Source: an uncultured Thermoplasmata archaeon (GTDB taxonomy: Archaea; Thermoplasmatota; Thermoplasmata; Halarchaeoplasmatales; Halarchaeoplasmataceae). From it: a stretch of DNA of 64,000 nt. Each line of letters starts with the position of its first letter. Positions within the stretch are counted from its first letter, which is position 1. The notes beneath the pieces are model-generated. The model searched no databases. It was not told where the DNA came from and saw only the letters and a list, made by a program, of their open reading frames with translations. The stretch covers positions 1,556 through 65,555 of the forward strand of contig CAZEXI010000005.1 of NCBI GenBank assembly GCA_964516805.1, given 5' to 3'. Both the position numbers and the translations under genes were made by a program. This document shows positions 18,493 to 26,327 of the stretch, piece by piece.

Positions 18493-21129
18493 TCATACTT
18501 TCATCAGGTGGATATCGAATCTCGCTCCCCCTAGGCTTGATTCTTTTACATCTATCTGCCCACCATAATTTTCTACAATCTCTTTAGATAGATACATACC
18601 GAGACCTGTTCCAGCATTTTCGCCTGCACTGAAACTTTTTTTGAAGATTTTATTTTTATATCTATCATCTACACCTTTACCGTTATCTTCTATCTTTACT
18701 ATGATCTCCTCCGTTTCATCTTTCACATCTATTTCTATTTTATCAGCATCTGAGTGAATTATGGAGTTCTCTATAATATTGCCAAAGAGGTCCTCTAAAA
18801 GTACACCTCCCATAACGTCTAAACCACTTTTTTCAAATTTGATATCTATTCCCCTATCTATGCTGGTAGGCATAAACTCGCTTAAAACAGTATCAAGTAT
18901 TGAATCCAAATTCATTGGCTTTATTCCTTCGTCACCGATCTTACTTAAGGTACGTACCTTTTCTATGAGATTCATCTCTTTTTTAGTAGCATCTATAGCT
19001 TTCTTGATTATTTCCATATCACCAGGGTCATTTTCAAGAAGTTGAAGGTATCCATGAACGATATTAACTTTATTTTTCAGATCGTGTCTGAGTAAAGTGT
19101 GCAGGAACTTTTGTTTATCCTCCAGTTCCTTTCTTTCCGTAATATCCATTATCAAACCTTCAACTTCATCGATTTCAGCTTCGTTGGAATAGTCAGTTCT
19201 CCCCTGTTCCCATACCCATTTCTCATCACCACTCTTATCTATTATCTTATATATTATTTTAAAAGGCTTCTTTTCTTGAATCGCTCTGTTTACGCTATTC
19301 CATACATACTCTCTATATTCTGGATGTATTAATTCACCATAAGAGATCACTTCATTATCAATCAATTCCTCGGACTTATATCCTGTTAGTTTAAAGCTAC
19401 CCTCACTGACAAGCTCCATAGTCCAATTTCTATCATTTCTACACTTGTAAGCCATACCGGGAATATTTTTCAAAAGAACTTCCAGTCTTTCATTTAGATC
19501 CCGTAATTCATCCTCCTGTTTTTTTCTCTCTGATATGTCCTTAACACTAGCAAAATAAGTACTGTAATTACCTGATGTATCAGTTATTGCTTTTGGGCTT
19601 ATAATTGCGGGAAATTCAGTACTGTCCTTTCTTTTGAGATAAATTTCATGATCCTGAAACTTACCATCAGTTATCTGACTCAAGATATCTTGTATTTTCT
19701 CCGTTTTATTTTCAGGCCAGTACGGCATAGGGATTTTTTTATTTGTCAATTCAGATCTAGAAAAACCAGTCATCCTGCAGAATGCATCGTTGATATAAGT
19801 TTGAACTCCTTCAGAATCGAATACGATGAATCCATCAAGCATGGAATCGATTATCTTTTCTGACCTTTTTTTACCCTCCTCTATTTTCTCTTTCATTTCT
19901 ATACTGTAAAGAGCAAATGATATATCTCCTGCTACTTCCTCCAGTAAATTTATTTCATCTTCATCAACTGAAATATTTTTAGGTAATGCTACAATCAAAA
20001 CACCATACAAATTTTTCTCATATTCTAAACGTACAGCTAGGTTTTTATCTCTTTCACATCCTTGATAAGATATGCAATCATCACATATTTCTTTTTCAAA
20101 TATTCTGACACCACTTTCATCAATTCCTTTATGTACACACCTAGGAAGACTTTCTTTCTCAATCTCTTTTAAAAAATCAATACTTTTTTTATCTAAAGTA
20201 GAATAAGATAATATATCTAGTTCATCATTTTCATCAAATATAACTATCCAGCTGAATTTATACCCTCTGTTCTCTACTAAAATATCACAGATCTTGTCTA
20301 TTAAACGTTCTTTATCTGTCTCTCTTATTATTGTCTGATTTACATTTCTAATGCTGTCTAAAACAAGGTTGAGATGTAATATCCTATCCTCTGCTTCCTT
20401 TCTTTCAGTTATATCTTGAGCTATCGCTGATGCACCTATGACTGATCCTTCCTTGTTCTCTATAGGTGAAACCGTCAAAGAAATATGTATTTCTGTACCC
20501 TCTTTTGTCTTTCTTACAGTTTCGTAGGGCTTTACCTTCTTTCCTTTTCTAACTGTATCTAGGATATCATCTATCTCTTTCTCTGATTCCTCTGGAGTGA
20601 TTATCGAGATATGCTTCCCGATAACTTCATCCTCAGTATACCCATATATCTGTTCAGCACCTTTATTCCATGATTTGATGTACCCATCTAAGTCCTTGCT
20701 TATGATCGCATTCTGAGAAGATTCTACTATCGAGGCTAGATTAAATCTTGCCTTTTCTCCACGATATAATCTTACTTCCTGATCTATGACATCTGCTAGC
20801 AATTCGAACTGAACCCGAGGATTTCCACCTTTCTGAATATAATTATTTGCACCCAGGTTCAAAGCCTTAATTGCGACTTCTTCTCTTCCCCTACCTGTGA
20901 ACATTATAAAAGGTATATTTATCCCCCGATCTCTAATTTCTCTAAGAAAATCTAAACCATCCATACCTGACATTTGATAATCAGATATTATAGAATCATA
21001 ATCATTTTTATTTATCTCCATCAAACCATGTTCTGCAGAAGAAACTGTATTTATATTCATTTTCACATTTAAATCTTCAAGAAAAATCTTAGCTTGTTCT
21101 AAGATCCCAGGTTCATCATCAACGAACAA
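18493..21129 (-). CDS. hybrid sensor histidine kinase: REC-PAS-GAF-PAS-PAS-HisKA-HATPase
   Basis: 878 aa with a receiver (SDYQMSGMDGL), PAS blocks, H-box LLRHDLKNK, DNGKGV and GTGLGM. It opens at TTG; the paralogue-expected ATG position reads ACG (21136..21138). Confidence 0.85.
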   Translation of the reverse strand: MFVDDEPGILEQAKIFLEDLNVKMNINTVSSAEHGLMEINKNDYDSIISDYQMSGMDGLDFLREIRDRGINIPFIMFTGRGREEVAIKALNLGANNYIQKGGNPRVQFELLADVIDQEVRLYRGEKARFNLASIVESSQNAIISKDLDGYIKSWNKGAEQIYGYTEDEVIGKHISIITPEESEKEIDDILDTVRKGKKVKPYETVRKTKEGTEIHISLTVSPIENKEGSVIGASAIAQDITERKEAEDRILHLNLVLDSIRNVNQTIIRETDKERLIDKICDILVENRGYKFSWIVIFDENDELDILSYSTLDKKSIDFLKEIEKESLPRCVHKGIDESGVRIFEKEICDDCISYQGCERDKNLAVRLEYEKNLYGVLIVALPKNISVDEDEINLLEEVAGDISFALYSIEMKEKIEEGKKRSEKIIDSMLDGFIVFDSEGVQTYINDAFCRMTGFSRSELTNKKIPMPYWPENKTEKIQDILSQITDGKFQDHEIYLKRKDSTEFPAIISPKAITDTSGNYSTYFASVKDISERKKQEDELRDLNERLEVLLKNIPGMAYKCRNDRNWTMELVSEGSFKLTGYKSEELIDNEVISYGELIHPEYREYVWNSVNRAIQEKKPFKIIYKIIDKSGDEKWVWEQGRTDYSNEAEIDEVEGLIMDITERKELEDKQKFLHTLLRHDLKNKVNIVHGYLQLLENDPGDMEIIKKAIDATKKEMNLIEKVRTLSKIGDEGIKPMNLDSILDTVLSEFMPTSIDRGIDIKFEKSGLDVMGGVLLEDLFGNIIENSIIHSDADKIEIDVKDETEEIIVKIEDNGKGVDDRYKNKIFKKSFSAGENAGTGLGMYLSKEIVENYGGQIDVKESSLGGARFDIHLMKV

Positions 21130-21328
21130 AACTTCCGTATTATCGCCAAGAAGAATACCTTTACAATAGTAATTAAACCTTCTCTTTTATGCTTGAGAAA
21201 TATGAAACACAGCATATTTTTTTCAATGTATAGTAAAAAAGTTGAAAAACTGCAGAACCGTGATCTCATCGAGATAGATATTCAAAACAAACTCATCCAC
21301 AGGGAGATTTAAGAATTTACGAATAACA

Positions 21329-23068
21329 CTAAGCCTTTTTTAAATATACGTCAAATCTCGCTCCACCAAATTCCGAATCTTTTACTAATATATCGCCTTC
21401 CAAACTATTTGCTATTTTTCTGGCAATGTACATACCAAGACCAGTACCTGCAAATCTTCCTTTTCTAGAATTTTTCTCGAAAATTATTTTCTTTAATTCA
21501 TCATCTATGCCGATACCATCATCTTCAAAGATAATTATAACTTCATCATCTTCGATTTTAGATCTTATTCTAATCTTAGAACCTTGAGAATGCTTTATGG
21601 AATTTATGATTATGTTCAAAAATAGATCTTCCAATAAACTACCACCCATCACTTTAACATCATCCATATCCCAATCTATATCAATCCCTTCATCATTTGC
21701 TTTTGAATCGATCTCAGATACGATCGAATCAATGATGGGCTTCACTCTGATCTCTTCTTTTTTTATTTCTGGTATCTTCATCATGGTATCAACTTTATTC
21801 ACTAGGTCAACTGATTTTTCAAGGGCTTTACTGGATTTAGATATCAACTTTTTCTGTTGGTCATTCAAATCAGTATCTTTTATCAAGTCCAAATATCCTC
21901 TCATCACCTGAGCTTTATTTTTTATGTCATGGGTTAACATTGAATGCAAAAAATCCTCTCTCTCCTCTGCCTCGACCCTTTCAGTTATATCGCACGCTGT
22001 ACCAAATAACTTTTTTCGATCATCAATAGTCACGATATCCGTTTCAATTTTTATATAACGAACATTGCCATCCTTGTCTTTTACTTTTATACTAAAGGGC
22101 TCTATCTCTTTTTCAGTTCTAAATTTTTCTAACCCTTCTTCTAATAACTCTGAATTTTCAATTGATAATATATCTGATAAATTCTTGAAATCTCTTCCAA
22201 TTAACTCTTTTTTGGGTAAACCCATCGTTTTGCAGAATGTTTTACTGATATCTTCCAATATCCCGTTTTTGTTTACGATGAAGCCAACTTCAGGCACCTT
22301 CTCGAAAAATATCTTAAACCTATCTCTACTCCTTAATTCAGTTAGCTCCTCTACGAAATTGATGACAAATGTCCTTCCTTCGTCTCTCAGTTTTGTAACT
22401 TTTATTTTAACGTCCACATCTGTCATATCACTCCTGCTGTATGTTGAATACAAATAAATATGCTCATCGGTTTCCATCCTGTTCCAATAATACCCTTCTG
22501 TCGATTCTGCATTTAATATCAGGTCTAAATCGGTCATATTCATCAGAAATAGGTCCTCTTCAGAATAGCCTAGTAGATCAAAGATGAAATTATTAGCATA
22601 TAATATATTACCATATTCATCATTTATGATTATGCCTTCTGGTGCGTTCTTTAATAATAAATCTACTTTTCCTTCCAGATCTTTTCTTGCCTTTTTTCGA
22701 TTTATCACTCTTTCGATTGATTTACCGAGCTCTTCATACTGGGATTTTGGATCACCAGTCTTGGTCATATAAAAATCAGCACCCTCATTCAGAGCTTCCA
22801 TTGCTATACTCTCTCCGCCTCTTCCCGTTAAAATCACAAACGGTATGTCTTCTCCCTGATTCCTTAACTTTTCAAGAAAATCTAAACCATCCATATTCGG
22901 CATGAGATAATCAGAAACAACTGCATCATACCTTTTCATCCTGATCTTATCGATGGCATCTCTAGCGGAGTTGGATGTTTCAACTCTCATACCATCTTTT
23001 AGATCCTCTAAAAATAGCTTAGCCTGCTCAAGGACAGGTCTCTCATCATCTACGAATAAGACGTCCAT
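21329..23068 (-). CDS. hybrid sensor histidine kinase: REC-PAS-PAS-HisKA-HATPase
   Basis: 579 aa with a receiver (SDYLMPNMDGL), two PAS blocks, H-box MLTHDIKNK, DDGIGI and GTGLGM. A GGGGAG SD-like element lies upstream of the ATG. Confidence 0.9.
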   Translation of the reverse strand: MDVLFVDDERPVLEQAKLFLEDLKDGMRVETSNSARDAIDKIRMKRYDAVVSDYLMPNMDGLDFLEKLRNQGEDIPFVILTGRGGESIAMEALNEGADFYMTKTGDPKSQYEELGKSIERVINRKKARKDLEGKVDLLLKNAPEGIIINDEYGNILYANNFIFDLLGYSEEDLFLMNMTDLDLILNAESTEGYYWNRMETDEHIYLYSTYSRSDMTDVDVKIKVTKLRDEGRTFVINFVEELTELRSRDRFKIFFEKVPEVGFIVNKNGILEDISKTFCKTMGLPKKELIGRDFKNLSDILSIENSELLEEGLEKFRTEKEIEPFSIKVKDKDGNVRYIKIETDIVTIDDRKKLFGTACDITERVEAEEREDFLHSMLTHDIKNKAQVMRGYLDLIKDTDLNDQQKKLISKSSKALEKSVDLVNKVDTMMKIPEIKKEEIRVKPIIDSIVSEIDSKANDEGIDIDWDMDDVKVMGGSLLEDLFLNIIINSIKHSQGSKIRIRSKIEDDEVIIIFEDDGIGIDDELKKIIFEKNSRKGRFAGTGLGMYIARKIANSLEGDILVKDSEFGGARFDVYLKKA

Positions 23069-23197
23069 TTAATCAGTCACTCCCCAATTCCCCCAAATGT
23101 GAATATATAATTAGGAAATTATACCTTATAATCTTATCGGTAAAAATAAGCGATCACCCATTATCTTTTTAAGATATCAAGTACATATATTAAGGAT
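23069..23197. promoter_or_regulatory. divergent promoter region between the kinase gene and metE-like gene
   Basis: 129-nt AT-rich spacer with several TATA-like boxes (aatatataatt at 23102; tttttaagatat about 26 nt upstream of the 23198 ATG, compatible with a leaderless or short-leader mRNA). Confidence 0.3.
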
Positions 23198-24094
23198 ATG
23201 AATCTAAACAAAGAACTTCTCACAACAGTAGTAGGTAGTTTTCCTTCATCACCATCTAAAACGTCACTGTCAAAATCATACTTCACAGATACTGATCCAT
23301 ATTTTGAAAGTTTAAAGAATGCAGTATTAACCCAGGTCGATACTGGTCTAGAACTTATTTCAGATGGCCAAACAAGAGGAGGGATGGTTGAGATATTTGC
23401 AAGGGGGTTGAAAGGATACAGGATCAAAGATAAGATAGAGATCATTTCAGATATCAAATTCTTAAGCCCTATAACATTAGAAGATCAAAAATCAGCAAAA
23501 AATATTATTCCAGATGATATAGGCTTGAAAGGAATAATCACCGGTCCATTTACGATGGTAAAAAGTGCTGAAAACAAACATTATAGATCTGAGAAAGATG
23601 CTGTTCTAGATACTGCTGAGGCACTGAAAAACGAAGCAGAAAAATTAGCAGAGGTATGTGATGTTGTTCAGATAGACGAACCATTTCTTTCGACTGAATT
23701 CCCAGATTACGCTAAAGAGTGTGTTGAGACTGTTTTAGACATAGATGCAACTACTGCCTTACATATTTGTGGTAATGTTAATCCATTCGTAGAAGAAGTA
23801 ATCGAGATAGATGTAGATATACTGGACCATGAATTCGCTGATAATCCTTCTCTTTACGAAGTATACGAAGATACCGATTTTAACCAAAGGATGTCCGTAG
23901 GTGTAGTTACTACAAATCCCAGGGTTGAAAGTATAGATGAAATCAAAGAAAGAATACAAAGAGCGTACAATACTTTTGGATCTAGATGTATGATCGATCC
24001 AGACTGCGGCTTAAAGGATATAGGTTTTGAGAGTGCTAAAAGTAAATTAGAGAACATGGTTCAAGCACGGGATCACTTTTTAAAGAAAATATAA
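23198..24094 (+). CDS. metE: core (folate-domain-less) methionine synthase, MetE C-terminal-domain family
   Basis: 298 aa with TTVVGSFP, LISDGQTRGG and Zn-ligand contexts HICG and DPDCGL, typical of short archaeal MetE/Meth_synt_2 proteins. Confidence 0.75.
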   Translation: MNLNKELLTTVVGSFPSSPSKTSLSKSYFTDTDPYFESLKNAVLTQVDTGLELISDGQTRGGMVEIFARGLKGYRIKDKIEIISDIKFLSPITLEDQKSAKNIIPDDIGLKGIITGPFTMVKSAENKHYRSEKDAVLDTAEALKNEAEKLAEVCDVVQIDEPFLSTEFPDYAKECVETVLDIDATTALHICGNVNPFVEEVIEIDVDILDHEFADNPSLYEVYEDTDFNQRMSVGVVTTNPRVESIDEIKERIQRAYNTFGSRCMIDPDCGLKDIGFESAKSKLENMVQARDHFLKKI

Positions 24095-24133
24095 AAAAAT
24101 AGATTCATATACCACTGAAAAAATAGTATACTT

Positions 24134-24631
24134 ATGCTTAGGATAAGGGAATATTTCAAAAACAATGATTTGCAGAAGAGGGTGGCAAAGTTCCTTCTTG
24201 AGAGTGGGTTATCTATCGAAAAGGGTGAGATATATTGTAACGGGACTTGGATCTCTAAAAATAGTGTTGCAGAAAATTTAGATGTAGATGAATGGGTGGT
24301 GGAAGATACTATAGACCTTATCGAAGGACATATAGATCTAAAAGAGATCTTCAGAAACCTGAGATCCACTGCTTATTTTGGTAAGATAGCTGAACAGATC
24401 GATGCTGGTGTTATCATGATTACTCCTAAAGATCCGCATGGTATCGGAATTCTAGCGGGAATAACCAGAATAATAGCTGATTATGATATAAGCATAAGGC
24501 AGTGTTTGACCGAAGATTCAGAACTGAAGGAAGACCCAAAATTGATAGTAATAACTGAGGACACTATACCTATCGAAGCTCTGGAAAAGATCAGAGAAGT
24601 GGAAGGCATCGAAAATGTAAGTCTATACTAA
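24134..24631 (+). CDS. ACT-domain regulator of amino-acid metabolism (COG2150-like)
   Basis: 165 aa. The C-terminal ACT-like block is GIGILAGITRIIADYDISIRQC, preceded by an N-terminal HTH-like segment. Confidence 0.6.
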   Translation: MLRIREYFKNNDLQKRVAKFLLESGLSIEKGEIYCNGTWISKNSVAENLDVDEWVVEDTIDLIEGHIDLKEIFRNLRSTAYFGKIAEQIDAGVIMITPKDPHGIGILAGITRIIADYDISIRQCLTEDSELKEDPKLIVITEDTIPIEALEKIREVEGIENVSLY

Positions 24632-24679
24632 AAGCACGATAATTTTTTATCTTTAAGACACATAGATAAGTGATTTCAG

Positions 24680-25006
24680 ATGAAAGAGGTCGAAGAGATC
24701 GAGGCTGAAGAGAGTAAAGTCAAATTAGACCAGAAAGGGTTTTTTGTGATCTACCTAGATGAAAATAAAATCATTGCAGAGCATTATGAGAACGTCAATA
24801 AAGGCGGTAAACTAGAGGTAGAAACTGGGAGTATTGATTTTATCATCAAAGGAGAAAGTGCAAAGGCAATATGTGATACAATTATTAGAAAAGATCTTGT
24901 TTCTGATCCAGGTCATATAGCTTATCTGGCTAGAGAACTGGAGAAGGCAGAGATAGCTCTTAAAAACGGATTAGATTTTGAGCAGAGTGAAGAACTAGAA
25001 CTGTGA
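24680..25006 (+). CDS. DUF4346-like small protein
   Basis: 108 aa. The pattern LDQKGFFVI ... HIAYLARELEKAEIAL..G..F.Q resembles DUF4346, a domain elsewhere fused to MtrA-like domains. This is from memory and was not searched. Confidence 0.45.
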   Translation: MKEVEEIEAEESKVKLDQKGFFVIYLDENKIIAEHYENVNKGGKLEVETGSIDFIIKGESAKAICDTIIRKDLVSDPGHIAYLARELEKAEIALKNGLDFEQSEELEL

Positions 25007-25080
25007 TTGTCATTTTAAAGTTGATAAAAAGTAATAAATATGTCTTTCAACATTAACATACCGACCAGTCGGTATGTGAT

Positions 25081-25656
25081 ATGATGAGTAAGAATACCAA
25101 AGAGAAAATACTCGAAAAAGCATTTCACCTTTTCACAAATAGGTCTTATGAAGTCGTTACAATTGACAAAATAGCTGAAAAAGCAGATGTATCAAAAGGT
25201 GCAGTATTTCATTACTTCGATTCAAAACACGAGCTAGCAAATAGATCAATCTTTCACTACATGGAAAACAACTGGATGCCCATATATAAAGAATTGAATA
25301 AGATGGATGACCCAGATACTATGCTTAGGAAATCCATCGGATATTCTTTTGAATTTTTCTTTAAAAATCCAAAATTCATGCGCTTCTTTATGGATCTGTA
25401 CGAAAAAAACAAAGATGAAGATGTCATAGAAAAGCATCTAGACGATTTCTACAAAGAATTGTTGGAGATGGGAACAAAGATGTTCAAAGAGCTAGGTGCT
25501 GAGAAACCTAGATTAAAATCACATCTTTTTACGGCCTGCATAGACGGTATGGCACTGCAGTTCACATTCTTTGGAGAACTCGAAGATTTCCCTGATACTG
25601 AAGATTTAAAGAATGAGACCTACAATATTTTTACTGAGAGGAGGAACGATCCATGA
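25081..25656 (+). CDS. TetR/AcrR-family transcriptional regulator
   Basis: 191 aa. The N-terminal HTH is KILEKAFHLFTNRSYEVVTIDKIAEKADVSKGAVFHYF. The stop overlaps the next start. Confidence 0.8.
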   Translation: MMSKNTKEKILEKAFHLFTNRSYEVVTIDKIAEKADVSKGAVFHYFDSKHELANRSIFHYMENNWMPIYKELNKMDDPDTMLRKSIGYSFEFFFKNPKFMRFFMDLYEKNKDEDVIEKHLDDFYKELLEMGTKMFKELGAEKPRLKSHLFTACIDGMALQFTFFGELEDFPDTEDLKNETYNIFTERRNDP

Positions 25657-26327
25657 CCTTTTTAGAAGCGGAAGATATCTGTAAGTCCTATAAAAGTGGT
25701 GAAACAGAAAGAGTAGTTTTGAAAAACTTAGAACTGAATGTTGAGAAAGGAGATTTGACTCTCATAATGGGGCCTTCTGGGAGTGGAAAAACCACCTTTT
25801 TAAATCTGTTTGGAGGGATCGACAGACCTGATTCGGGAATCATACAAGTCGGGGATAAAACCATCTCTAATGCCTCGGATGAAGAACTCAGAAAACATCG
25901 GGCTGAGTATGTAGGTTTTATCTTTCAATTCTATAACCTTATGCCCACTCTGAGTGCAAGAGAAAACGTTGAATTGGGATGTGAGATCAGGGATTGGTCA
26001 AAAGAAAAGGTGAAGAAGGAATCTGAAAAATACCTTAAAAGAGTCGGTCTGAGAAAAGAATTAGAAAAATTCCCACAGCAGTTATCCGGTGGTCAGCAGC
26101 AGAGGGTGGCGATCGCAAGGGCATTGGCAAAGCATCCCAAGATCATTTTTGGAGATGAACCAACCGGCAATTTAGATGAAGAGACATCCATGCAGATAAT
26201 TGAATTGTTAAGAGATGTGAATCACAGATTTGGAACTACCATGGTGATCGTAAGTCACGATAGAGAACTCAGACAGTATGCTGACAATATCTACGAATTG
26301 AGAAAGGGCAAACTGAATGAAGTGTGA
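25653..26327 (+). CDS. ABC transporter ATP-binding protein (MacB/LolD-type)
   Basis: Walker A GPSGSGKTT, signature LSGGQQQRVAIARAL, Walker B IIFGDEPTGNLD. Confidence 0.9.
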   Translation: MTFLEAEDICKSYKSGETERVVLKNLELNVEKGDLTLIMGPSGSGKTTFLNLFGGIDRPDSGIIQVGDKTISNASDEELRKHRAEYVGFIFQFYNLMPTLSARENVELGCEIRDWSKEKVKKESEKYLKRVGLRKELEKFPQQLSGGQQQRVAIARALAKHPKIIFGDEPTGNLDEETSMQIIELLRDVNHRFGTTMVIVSHDRELRQYADNIYELRKGKLNEV

